Made by a program: the position numbers and the translations under genes
In this document: positions 41,601 through 52,180 of the stretch, piece after piece
Numbering within the stretch: the stretch's first letter is position 1
Layout of the letters: every line of letters starts with the position of its first letter
The notes under the pieces: generated by a model
What the model was told of the DNA's origin: nothing
Database searches by the model: none
What the model saw: the letters and a program-made list of their open reading frames with translations, nothing else
Source of the DNA: Ophelia neglecta
Lineage: Eukaryota
Assembly (NCBI GenBank): GCA_965285935.1
Contig: OZ260666.1
Span: forward strand, 54,498,001-54,562,000
Direction of reading: 5' to 3'
DNA length: 64,000 bases

Positions 41601-43766
41601 GAAGTAAAGCATGATTTAAGCCACCATTGGCAGCCTGTCATTGACACGATGACGTCATATTGCGGGGATGATGTATCTAAAACGGAAAGTGAGCCAAAAA
41701 TCCTTGAATTTGCTTATTTTGCACAACCTAATCCACTGGAATTTAAAAAAAAGTGTAATTAAATTTCGACCCTAATTAATTTTCCTATAGATTACTTCAT
41801 AAACGCCATTGCAGATTCTATCAAAGCTGTGAATTGCACCGAAGAAGAATATGATTCCGTCTTCTCCTACCAGTGTGACCAATATTATGATTTCAACATC
41901 CAACAGGGAACCAGGCATATATGCCAGTGAGTTTATTTTCCTCACATTGTAATAGTTATCTTTTAATTTAATTTTAGATATTGGTGATAATTTATGCGTC
42001 GCACGATTAATTATTTTATATTATATTGCAGTTTCGTCCACGAGAACCTCCATTGTAAGGAGGCTTTAGTAGCGTCCGCCTGCGGTACGGAAGCTGGTTT
42101 ATTCTCCTTCCATCTTCTCAAACTGCACTCCGATCAAAATCTCGCAGAAATGGGAATTTCGAAATGTCACGTAACAAAAGACGTCAACTATAAAGGTCTG
42201 AGATATGACAAACACAATTGTCCACGTGATATGGTAGGACAAATAGACCGGTGTTCAAACCTGTATCTAACAGACGACATGATTGTAGACTTCCGACAAG
42301 AAAGTGACGTCATCATACAAAAGGAGGATCGAAGAAAACTGACGAAAGCTTGCAGGTATAAAGATGATTTATGTTTTATGTTTCGGTGTTCGCAGTCTGA
42401 GTTATTCAAAATGTATGACTAAATATAAATGCGCTTGCAATATCACGTATGTTTACTCTTTGTGGATGACTGTTACAGTGCCAGAGCTGAGTACAACATA
42501 TGTATCAAATCCATAAAAGAAGCTTGTCCACATGGTGCAAAGACAATATTTGACTATGCAGAACCATTAAAGAAATATCTCTTAAAGATGGATATGATTT
42601 GTCAACATAGTACACTTGAAGGTAAGTTTCTTGCACACTTTAGATTCAAAATTAATAAGTTACCCGTGCACCTTTCTCAAAAAAACACTATCAAATGTAA
42701 TATTATGACTGACCTGCATTGTTTTCTTTGTAGTTTACCAAAAGAATGTGAAGTGTATGAATAATGAGGTGCTGGACAATAACGCTCTTAGTCAGTGTGA
42801 TCACCTTTGGCAGGAGCTAGCTAAAGTTAAGAGGAACGTGACATCTTTCCAGTTCTACTGCGATGCCACTCACCAAAGCGCACGCGCACTCATGAGGTAA
42901 TGTTTATGATCCTGATTAACTCATAAGTAATGGTTTTAAATCGTTTGGCGGCTCTCCATGCCCGTTTTGTAAATTCGTTCATTAAAATGTGAAGGATGGT
43001 CACTCGTCTTTAAGTATTTTACTGCTTCTGGTATGAATTCGATATATTTTTAACTCGTATCTATCAACCGAATCTTTTTCAGAGCTGATTTTGGATTTTC
43101 AGTCTAACATAGGCATATTGTATATCGAATATCCCTTATCATTGTAGTGAGCTGCACAACCTTAGGTCCTGTTACAGGGGAGTATTCGAAGCAACGTGTC
43201 CGGGGACAGGGGATCTTATCGAGAAGTTGTTGCAGAGAGTTTTCCAGGACCCGGTGTACCTCAGGTAAATAGTGATTGTTCTAACGTATCGGTTGCTTCC
43301 TTATTATATTAATTTCATTAACAACCGAATACGAAATTCTTTTATTATTTTTAATTTGGCAGTTTTATTTTTCATATATCCATAGTTTTAATTGCCTTAT
43401 CGCTACAGGTTTAACTTCAAACCCGACTGTGTCTTACACCGAATGGGTCCAGACGCCACAATGAACGATGCCGAAATGCCCAACGATGATGCGAATTCAA
43501 AATCAACACCTACTGTTCCGTCTCCAACGTACACATATCATGGCTCCGAGAAAATACCCTATCGGACTTCGACTAGAAAACCTTCTCCCACGTACAGGGA
43601 GCGCGACAAAGTGGGTTTAAAACCAGGATCGAAGAGGGAACAGAGTACCAATGCAAAATCACTCTCAGTCTCAAGTCAAAGCTCAATCAGCTATGTATCA
43701 GGAACGGTCTTTTTTTGTACCTTATCGTTGAGCATATGGTTATCGCGTTCAATACAGGCTTTATGA
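17521..43766 (+). CDS. Multi-exon gene for a secreted, probably GPI-anchored Cys-rich protein of 551 aa (2 x 12-Cys DUF19-like domains = 4 x 6-Cys neuritin/RGM_N-like modules); join(17521..17638,40605..40761,41549..41688,41791..41926,42032..42355,42479..42621,42734..42896,43148..43264,43409..43766)
   Basis: All 8 introns are GT..AG and the phases match (1,2,1,2,2,1,2,2). The joined length is 1656 nt = 551 aa + stop, with no internal stop. It has 24 regularly spaced Cys in the four modules, N-glycosylation sequons NCT and NVT, an S/T/P-rich stalk and a hydrophobic C-terminus. Exons 2-9 are secure; exon 1 is less certain. Confidence 0.85.
18850..19180 (-). mobile_element. Possible Tc1/mariner transposase N-terminal relic
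   Basis: GNRRRTAATNKQNINNIRTSL resembles the GRPR..T.ENI..VR segment of mariner-like transposases; heavily decayed. Confidence 0.25.
20720..21050 (-). mobile_element. Possible CR1/L2 LINE ORF2 linker relic
   Basis: Frameshifted DGERTENSKA..FFTAYVQKLQ resembles the IAN.F..FF..IG.KL segment that precedes the RT domain. Confidence 0.25.
21065..23230 (+). repeat. Diverged ~230-bp direct duplication (21065-21300 vs 22995-23230)
   Basis: Colinear shared blocks tgagaca.tttcat, caccat, cctct...ctac, accactgactcgttt and tcatgg.aa. Confidence 0.75.
23500..24235. repeat. Diverged ~170-bp inverted repeat (arms 23500-23670 and 24075-24235); old foldback element
   Basis: The left arm acacgattgaagaatctgttaaggattc..acaatcgacgactcct..tggttggcactgttt aligns with the reverse complement of the right arm acacgaatgtggaatctattaaggactc..acaatcgatgattcct..tggttggtattgttt. 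Also tagataaatattcca vs tagataaattttcca. Confidence 0.8.
29100..29350 (-). mobile_element. Possible Gypsy LTR-retrotransposon integrase C-terminal relic
   Basis: Frameshifted ..PLGAVVEKG...G..LRRHV..RRRTD resembles the WIPGVVVEK...G..WRRHVDQLRRR motif. Confidence 0.3.
30030..30200 (+). mobile_element. LINE AP-endonuclease relic
   Basis: MLIVGDLNALST*CG starting at 30130 matches the GD(F/L)NA motif; in-frame stops follow. Confidence 0.45.
32388..32563. mobile_element. Tc1/mariner (pogo/Tigger-type) MITE, ~176 bp
   Basis: Left TA+cagagaaacctgtctaa and right taacacaggtttcactg are imperfect TIRs; the right TSD has mutated. Confidence 0.65.
34080..34430 (-). mobile_element. L2/CR1-type LINE ORF2 C-terminal relic
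   Basis: The minus strand gives KRVI*IICRS (the QKR.IRII motif) and, ~270 nt on, LPELK (the WN.LP..IK motif). Confidence 0.45.
36100..36300 (+). mobile_element. LINE AP-endonuclease C-terminal relic
   Basis: DRNIPPNGNVM..NLVICYNG...G.....SQGNTVSDLTI resembles N.NG..L...NL.I.NG...T...G.S.IDY.I. Confidence 0.35.
39290..40020 (-). mobile_element. RTE-type LINE reverse-transcriptase relic
   Basis: Decayed motifs in the correct order on the minus strand: LAFVD, RGML*EV, LVN.I, a VRQGCI-like segment, SAVDVSL (the ADD motif), GVNIGNTKMV, KFT and ISLAT. Confidence 0.55.
40605..40761 (+). CDS. Coding exon 2 (GLKASKITSECDVFSSEAIADCLAEGDKFISAYVKKRLEKRRGRKSKSYHTC)
   Basis: Acceptor ttttaattgcag|gg, donor tgcag|gttgat; phase 1 in, phase 2 out. 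Confidence 0.85.
41549..41688 (+). CDS. Coding exon 3 (RSFQKFEECIKPIIDGCQEVKHDLSHHWQPVIDTMTSYCGDDVSKTE)
   Basis: Acceptor ttttatgtttacag, donor gaaa|gtgagc; phase 2 in, phase 1 out. Confidence 0.92.
41791..41926 (+). CDS. Coding exon 4 (NYFINAIADSIKAVNCTEEEYDSVFSYQCDQYYDFNIQQGTRHIC), absent from the ORF track
   Basis: Acceptor ctaattaattttcctatag, donor tgcca|gtgagt; phase 1 in, phase 2 out; open frame. Confidence 0.92.
42032..42355 (+). CDS. Coding exon 5 (HFVHENLHCKEALVASACGTEAG...EDRRKLTKAC)
   Basis: Acceptor ttatattgcag, donor tgcag|gtataa; phase 2 in and out; 107 open codons. Confidence 0.92.
42479..42621 (+). CDS. Coding exon 6 (SARAEYNICIKSIKEACPHG...MICQHSTLE)
   Basis: Acceptor tgttacag, donor gaag|gtaagt; phase 2 in, phase 1 out. 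Confidence 0.92.
42734..42896 (+). CDS. Coding exon 7 (VYQKNVKCMNNEVLDNNALSQCDHLWQELAKVKRNVTSFQFYCDATHQSARALM)
   Basis: Acceptor ctgac..gttttctttgtag, donor atgag|gtaatg; phase 1 in, phase 2 out. Confidence 0.9.
43148..43264 (+). CDS. Coding exon 8 (SELHNLRSCYRGVFEATCPGTGDLIEKLLQRVFQDPVYL)
   Basis: Acceptor cccttatcattgtag, donor ctcag|gtaaat; phase 2 in and out. Confidence 0.9.
43409..43766 (+). CDS. Terminal coding exon: last module Cys, S/T/P-rich stalk and hydrophobic GPI-signal-like tail
   Basis: Acceptor ccttatcgctacag, phase 2. Ends ...SSQSSISYVSGTVFFCTLSLSIWLSRSIQAL-TGA. Confidence 0.9.
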
Positions 43767-45030
43767 AAGACTCGAAGGCATTTCTTGGACCATTGATACA
43801 TAACTGTGTCTCGTGTGATTGTGTGTGCGTGTGTGTATGAACATTGACGATGAAATGAACTCAAGAGTACCGAACTTTTATTGTTCTTGCTGTCTACAGG
43901 TTGTGGAGGCATCGATGGCATTTAAGGGATCATGAGGCATTTTGGATAATTTGATGGCATGTGTGGACCTTCATGTGTAACTATTAAAACAGTTTGGTGC
44001 TATAATACTCATCGGTCCTTGTGTTGATGGATTATCACTTGAATTGACACATTTACAACTAGGAAAGTTGTCAAGTGTTTGAAAGTGTATTTGTTTGTTT
44101 TTCGTTGAATTCTGCAGTACACGTGTTAATTAGATTATATTAAGGATGGTTAAAGCATACACAGTGGGGTTATACTTGTCTTTAAGTTCCACAACGGTAA
44201 GCTCAAACAGGACGTGTCAAATGCCCAATGTACAAAGGCAGGTGTATCATTTGAACAGACCAATCAGAAGCAGTAACTCTGAGTTAAATAAGGTATCAAT
44301 TTCGCTGACAGTTTGGAATGCTATTTTATGCTTATAATCAAAATGCTGAAAAGTGCTATAGCAGTCTTTTATATATGCCAAGGAATTTTTTGTTTGTGAT
44401 ATGTGTCCATTTATACTGATATACTCTGGAGAGCGATTCTTTAGACATCTTTAATTTTCGGTTGCTGCCTTTGATTTATAAAAAAAAAAAAACATTCCCT
44501 CTTGGGTGTTCTCTAATAAGTTTGATTCCCCCTTTTCCAACTTTTTTTTTTCACATTACTGGTACCCATTGCTACCTAGTCGTGATACTTATCAATTCTT
44601 CGTTATTTTACATCAACACGAAATTCACAGACTTCAGAAAGGCTTGTAATACAAACCTTTGTAATACAAACCTTTTATAATATAGTATTCTCACTATAAT
44701 CACTGTTGATTCCTGATTTATTTCCCTCAAATTAAACAGGTATCTACCTACTATATAATTAAATGTCTTAGATTCCCAGAGTAAAAGTGACCTATGTGGA
44801 AAACTCTATATTTAATTAAGACTAATTTTTCCCTTTCTTTTTGAGCCAAGGTGCTTACCTATATTTTGTGCTTTGTATATGCAGTCGAAAAGGCTATTAG
44901 TTTTAAAAAAATGAAAATATTAAGCACCCGACATAATACATCTTACTCACATTCCATTGTTGAAAACGGAAAGTTAAAGTGTACTTTAAAAGTAAATTTA
45001 AAAGTATTTAAATTCATATTTTTATATAGA

Positions 45031-45036
45031 AATAAA
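45031..45036 (+). promoter_or_regulatory. Candidate polyadenylation signal (AATAAA) of the Cys-rich gene
   Basis: First clear AATAAA I found after the stop codon (~1.27 kb 3' UTR), with GT-rich sequence downstream. Alternatives are ATTAAA at 43983 and AATAAA near 45222 and 45243. Confidence 0.35.
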
Positions 45037-45416
45037 GTATTGTAAACATTGACGTCGTCGTTTGAATAATTCATTTCAATTATGATTCCACTGATAAATT
45101 ATAGAATTCTGTTTGATGAACTCCAATGAATCCCATTTTCCTGGCCTCCGCCTGTTCTTTTCTCTATTTTATTTATTTTTTGTCTGTATCATCGCAGTAA
45201 AATCTCTAAACTCCCCTGAAGAATAAATACTTTCTATTATCGAATAAAACTCACAGATAATCTCTTGGGAGCTTCAGATTAATTTATTAATGTTTGTTGG
45301 GCAGTGGCTGCTGGTTCCTGGTGATTTTGGACCGGTTTAACGGACTATTCTCGACTACTGATGTGCCTTTGTCTTCCGGGTATTCACACACGTTTTTTAA
45401 CTTTCACAAACACCAG

Positions 45417-45636
45417 GGCCCGGTTTCTGGAAGCGGTCTTAACACTAAACTTGGATTAAAATCAGGATTTTAACTCACTAATCGAGGTTTCTGGAAGCTG
45501 GATTAGGTCTTAAACCAAGCCATTTTGGTCTTAAACTTCATCCTGGTCAGTGGAAACACTGCTTAACATGGCCTCAGCTAATCGGTCTTAGGCTAATCTA
45601 ATCCCAAAGCGTAAGACCCCTTCCAGAAACTGGCCC
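45417..45636. mobile_element. 220-bp PIF/Harbinger MITE with CAG TSD
   Basis: TIRs ggcccggtttctggaagcggtctta and taagaccccttccagaaactggccc. 3-bp TSD cag at 45414-16 and 45637-39. An internal copy of ggtttctggaagc lies at ~45486. Confidence 0.88.
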
Positions 45637-46695
45637 CAGATTATTCAGTTCAAATAAGCATTGAATACAAACATACGATATGTATATACATATATATATA
45701 TATATAATATAAAAAAATATATATGATACCATAACCATTAATAGCATTAATAACAAGGATTTTAGAACTCAAGACAATTGGTATGAGAACTTGATGGGTC
45801 GGTTGGAAGCTAGAAATGTATGTTAGAAGCCCCTCCTTCCAGGGGTGGGGGTGGGGGTCGGTGTGTGTGTGTGTGTGGGGGGGGGGGTGGACTTAAACAA
45901 CCATTGGTTGGCTCAAACATGCATAGGAGAATCTTAAACAAGAAAGTATGGCTACGCCGTTATATGAATACATTATAGCATAGATATTGGGTCCATAACA
46001 ACACTAATGAGGTTGAACTAGGCTATGTATAGCTTGGGAAGTGTCGTTAGCGTTATCACGTGTTATATTCGTGTGGTTCAAGTGCCGGTTACCTCATGCG
46101 AAGACACGTACCAGTCAATACACTATCAACTAAACATATAAGAAATAACACTCTCCAAGGTTCCGAATCAATTACATCTCCAATTCCGGGCACAATCCAG
46201 AAAAAGGAAGCATTTAAGACTAGTTAAGAGGGCCTCACGCTTGTTGAAACAATTTGCTGTTATCTGAGGATATTTGAGTCTTCCAATTAACCAGCATAAA
46301 ATAACGAATGAGACTAAGAGCAGTAATCTTCTATGTATTTGTTAAACAAGTCATCTTAAACTTAAGGGTATGATTGTAAGTAGGAGCGATCAAACCTGAG
46401 ATAATTGTTAACCCCAATTTTATTTTGGCCAAATGATATAGTTGCAGCGAATGCAACCTTGTTAATATCACTGTATCATAGAGTCATAGAGTACAGACAG
46501 GAAATCAATTGCATTGCTTTTAGTGGCTCTAATATATATAGATATATTATTTCATTAAAAAGACAACAAAGCTGAGACGTACCGTACAAGGGACATTGTC
46601 CCTTAAAAATACTTGGTGTCCTGTACATGTGTTCCTGCGATATATCATAAACCCATTAACCACCTTTATAACGGTAAGTAGGAATCTATCTGCTT

Positions 46696-46870
46696 TCAGA
46701 CTTGCTTGACATATCGGGCGTCATCCCCACGTCTTAAATTAATATTAATGTGTGGTGCATTATTGAGCTCCTGTGGGAATGTCGTTATACCTACACCATA
46801 TTTACTATGGAATGTCTCATGCATTTGTACGAATATATCCTCATCGTGTAGGACCATGAGTCGTGGCAAC
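46696..46870 (-). mobile_element. Integrase H2C2 zinc-binding domain relic (Gypsy/Ginger type)
   Basis: VLHDEDIFVQMHETFHSKYGVGITTFPQEL...NLRRGDDARYVKQV resembles I...H....H.G...T...L.....MR.DV..YVK.C, with the Zn ligands partly lost. Confidence 0.38.
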
Positions 46871-49137
46871 GGACGGGTTTCTAATATTGGTGTAATTAGC
46901 ATATTTCAAGGCTGTTAGGACATTATATCAAAACGATCTTAATAATGGCGTCAGAAAATAACTTTTTTTAAATGAACTTGGCAAAAAGACGGCTCATTCA
47001 TACATGTGGGACTTGTGATTTATTAACGCTGCATTGTTGATAGTCTTACTCTCACAAGCATATTTTGCATGTCTGCCTGGTTAAACTAGTTTGCTATTGA
47101 TTTCACTGTGTATATTTATTCTAATTCATTGAGAGAATAAATATTATGCGTACCACCCCAAGCTACCCACAACGGAAATTGTTTTAATGTTTTCAACAAC
47201 TTTCGCGTAGCGAATTCAATCGAAAGAAAAAAAATTGTCGGCATTGATATTTATATAGAATTAATATCAAACTGATGCTTGGCTGCATCTTACTTATTGA
47301 CCGCGTTTTTACATTATATTATGCTCAATGAATCAAACACGAATTGGAAAGTCAATGTTTTTTTCTTCTTCAAATAACCATTTGAAATACAACATGAGAA
47401 AAAAAAATTCTCATTGTTTTTCTAACCTTTAGCCAACTTCTGATATTTGTCGTTATCAGACAATCATTTTATTTATTCAATCGAGGGGGGAAACTCTCAG
47501 CGGGTGAATTATTAAGTATAGTTATTGTTTTATCTTTAAATAAGTCAAGTGCATTATCTCCCTTGTAAAGTGATATGGTTATGAAAAGTCGCCTGTGTTC
47601 GGCAAGTACACGTTCAGTCCCGTTACATCGATCCCAATTTGGCGATAACAACTTTGCATCATGTGTCCAAAACGCAGTTACTGGGATTCTCAACTAAAAT
47701 CAAAGAAAATAATGCACGTCACCCTATTAAGGAATGCATAGTCATTTGGTGGATTCTTTTAAGCAAATTATGAAACAAATCCTACAAAAAGCCCAAAGAA
47801 CGATTCTATGAGAGTAACGAAAAACACCATAAGGTCCCTCTGCACATCTATTGCAATTACAAAGTATCAGTGAATCATTACTGTTGAATTACATCAATCG
47901 GAGCAAACTCCTTTATCGATATTGCTTTGCATTAAGAACATAACACATTTTTTTCATATAAAACGATCTTTTTTTCAAAATTTCTTGGAGCATCACATGG
48001 TATTGTACTCTATGTTAGATTGTTTTGCCTCAAAATCTGTTTACAATAAAAATTATGATTTTTAACATTGCAAAAACTTTAAAGACCTCTCATGTGCCAT
48101 GCATCTTAACCAGAAAGCATATGATTATTAATCCTAGGTTCTTGCAAGTGAATATGATAATTATAAGGAGCGCAACATGGTTGGTTTATTAAACTCCTTT
48201 TCTGTATGGTTCCTGCTGACTTCGGTATGATTAAATAGAGTATTCTTGCTTGATGGTTTGGTTTGTCTGCCGGGTATCCTCAGCCAAATTTTACCCTTCA
48301 TTAGGTAACTTACCAGGTATGGGTATTGCAAACACATGAATAACTCAAGAAGAATAAATAGCTTTTGCTCATTTATTTCGCCGATCAGATTAGTCCTCGT
48401 GTATTTAGCCTGTAAACGAAAAGTTGTCTTACATTCCCAGGGGTAAATTCCCGTCGCTTTGATGAGCCACACACATGACCCTCTGTGTTTGAAACAAGGC
48501 ACCCATGTTAAGACTTAATGACGTTAGATATCCAGCTACTTAGGTTAGTAATATCATACTCGTTTTGTTTTTACGAGTTGGACGAGTACTATAAGTGCTG
48601 TATGGCTAATAGTCATGACCAAACTCCTAACCAGGCGAGGACTTATTTCGGTTTATCGTTCATTAACTGTTGTGAAGTGTCGATTGATCCAGCTCGGGAC
48701 TAACGACTTTAACATTACATTGATTACACATTACAATTGACCTTTAGATAATTTACCCTTGAGAGAGCCTCTTTAATGCGGAGAAAATTATATAGTCCTA
48801 TAAATTAAATTTGACAAAATGATAGAAACATGCTTCTTCACTCCATTATAGGTATTGCTTTGCTCAAGCAGGACTTATTTATTTGAATAAATTTATGTGT
48901 ACATCGAATGTATCTTAGATATAAATTGCAGACAACCAGGCTTCGCCCTAAAGTTTGTTTAAATTCAAATTAGGACGTAACATATTTCTCATTTATTTTG
49001 TTAACCAATGAAACACAATTGATAAGTTGATAATATGATTATACCATTTTGTTATCTTTAATTTAACCTATCAGTTTACATTCTAAAAGGTAAAATAAAC
49101 CAATACGTTGATTTGTCCACTTTCGTTTGAAATATTT

Positions 49138-49303
49138 NNNNNNNNNNNNNNNNNNNNNNNNNNNNNNNNNNNNNNNNNNNNNNNNNNNNNNNNNNNNNNN
49201 NNNNNNNNNNNNNNNNNNNNNNNNNNNNNNNNNNNNNNNNNNNNNNNNNNNNNNNNNNNNNNNNNNNNNNNNNNNNNNNNNNNNNNNNNNNNNNNNNNNN
49301 NNN
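49138..49303. other. Assembly gap (166 N)
   Basis: Run of N. Confidence 1.
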
Positions 49304-52180
49304 TGTCCTTAGTCATAATCGCTTAAAAGATACCGTTAACCCTGTCTTAAGGCTTGGTAAATTATGATCGTCCATTAAGGTTACATAACCCGGGAGAGAA
49401 ACACTCTGAGACTGAAAACTATATATGTACAGATGGATCAAGAAGTTAGCAATGAAATACAACATCTTGTATCACAAACTGGTGATATAGTAAACGTGTT
49501 GGCGCTATTTGTCAGTACAATGCATACTTATATGTAAACAAATGTCTTAGACCCCCCCCCCCCCCGCACCTCCCCTACAACACACGCAAATCTCTCTTCG
49601 TCTCGTCATCGCCTGTTAATTCCGTTCAAGTGAAATCTATGTGATAGGACAGTCATTGTCGACAGATAACCACACAAAGAACACTTATAGCGCGTCTTTG
49701 CCTTCTAGTTATTACAAGTCCCATCCTCTATTCTGTCTGCTTTACTCCACACCATCGTCCATTTAAGGAACCCTTTGGAAGAGCGCAAGAATGGATTCCT
49801 CCTGTCAAATGCATATTAATCAAGTTAGACATCAAATAAAGAATTAAAATAGTATTTATCCTGTTAGAGGAAAGTCGGGATTGTATATATCAGATTGTTA
49901 AATTGTGTTGTTTTCCTTCACTGTTTAGCGTGGGCAGGAGAGGGCTCTATTCACGTTAGATAAATAGACAGGTACATTGCTTTGTCAAGCCAGATGGGAG
50001 ACTTCTGTCGACATAAACCAGTTACACTGGGCTTTCTTGCTGTCAACAACATTATTCTTCATACTAATTTTCTGGGCAAGTGTCGAGGAAAGTCTACCAA
50101 AGGCGCTTAGAAAGAAAACACCCAGCTATTTTGATGGAACCTGACAACATGTAGAACAAACTATAGACTAAAAAGCCTTAATGGAGCTCCCAATTTTAAT
50201 CAATAATTGCGTGGTAATGAATGCCTGTGAATGGTATAATTTATGTCACCGAATGATAATGGCGTCTCATCAAGGCGACAACTTAGGTGGTAATTGTGTT
50301 CAATTTGCTGCAGTTCTTTTACAAGACCCAGTGGATAATAATTTTGTTTGAAGCCCTATTCATTAGACCATCGTACCTAGACCAGAAACATGTGTTCTAG
50401 CAGACCATTATAATTTATTACCTTATCCATTAGGCCGTATTCCTTTGCTCTTGTCTACTTGTCTAACTATTGACGAGTAATAAGTCTTATAGTTTACTTT
50501 TGGCTCTTAATATGTTGTAATTAAATAATACTATGTTCATTTATCTTCCACAACTCATTTTGGAAGTACGTGTATGTTTTATAATGTTCTTGTCATCATA
50601 GCCTGATTTATACCAAATATGGTCAGCGATCACTCACGCAAACCAACAAGCAACCACTCTTAATATTCATATAGTTATGTCCAGAGAATGACATGATATT
50701 TGTTGTAGTGCCTTCTCGCAGCATTTCTCATTCAGTTTGTGTAAAACGTGGTAGGAGTGACTCGATGTTACACAGATCACCTTAAAGTCGGCAAGAGATT
50801 ATTGTTGACAACACTCACTATCACCGTCAAATTTCCAACTTAAGAACACAAAGTATTTATTTTTTAAAAATCACGATCTACCCTTTGGTATTATATAAAT
50901 TATGAGAGTGTTGAGCTGCATTATATAACTCTTCTTGTTGTGAGAATACTAAAGAAAATAGTTATGTCCTGAATTACATATTTCTCGCCATGCCTGTGAT
51001 GTTCTGGTGACAATTATCCTTCTCGAGTTCCATAACATTGTGCAGTATCTGTGCTCTAACTTCATCTTTAAAGGGTAAACTTGGTAGATGGGAACACCTG
51101 CATTAACCCAGGTATCCGGGATTTGCGTAGATGGGAACACCTTCAGTGAACTAAATATCAGAATCTATTATTGACCAAGTTAGCAGCAAAACGTGATGAG
51201 CTCCCTTTTTCCGTCCAAAATATGGTCGACTGGGTTTATGATATATACCAAAATGACACAAAGAGAGGTCTTGCAGTGGGTAGAATTTTACCATATATTC
51301 ATGTTTAAAAACAGGAATCCATAAAAGTTAGATTTCAAAGACATCCTAAAACGGGATAATATGAGTGTCATATTAATCGGTAAGTTAATTCTATGTTGAA
51401 CATTTGAAATCATTAATACAACAAAATGTATAATTACATGACATGGATATTACTAAGACGACACATTTTGATGCGAATTTAAGGATTGAAGCGATTGGAA
51501 TAATTAAATTAATTAAAGAGGATGTGTATTGACGTTCTTTGTTACTTTATCCTCCTTGATACAATAGAATTTATTTTAGGGACAGGTTCCAGTATGATCT
51601 ATACAGGATAATTATTAAGTAGGTAGCCAAGCTAGAATGCAATACAAGAATGTGTATTAATAAGTGGACTTTCTTTCAATAGTATGTTGGTTATTTTAAA
51701 ATCAGACAATCATTATACATCATAACTACACGGATATCTTTTCCTACTTAATACAGTTTGTTAATATGTAGAATATAATAACCTCTAATTTTATTTTACC
51801 TTTGAATGGAGTTATTGTGTTTGCAGAAGGCGAGCGAGTGTAGTACCGTCAGTAACATGTTGTGATGTATTACAAGGCTGGGACAGTGCGGGAATTATAA
51901 TGTATTTAGAACCCGGACAGGATGAAACTCGACAATATGCCCTTATATATTCATCTTAATTAACAATTGGTTTATCGTGTCTCTATTTTAAAAAAATGCA
52001 ACTGAAGTACTCATAAACGATGCGTTTGTAAGTGTTCCGTACCGAGTCGTGTATTCTTGTTTTCGACCACCAAATCATACCAAATCTGGGCAAGCTCTCA
52101 TAGCTAGACAAACAACACGTTTCCAAAAGTAATTTGTGTCTCGCAGTAAGACGGGTTGAATCATTTTATCCGCTAATGAT

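Noticed and set aside
48161-48502. pogo/Tigger DDE C-terminal motif (KATGIYPW)
   Set aside because: A single short motif with no supporting context or TIRs.
49083-49326. ORFs spanning 49.1-49.3 kb
   Set aside because: Artefacts of translating the N gap.
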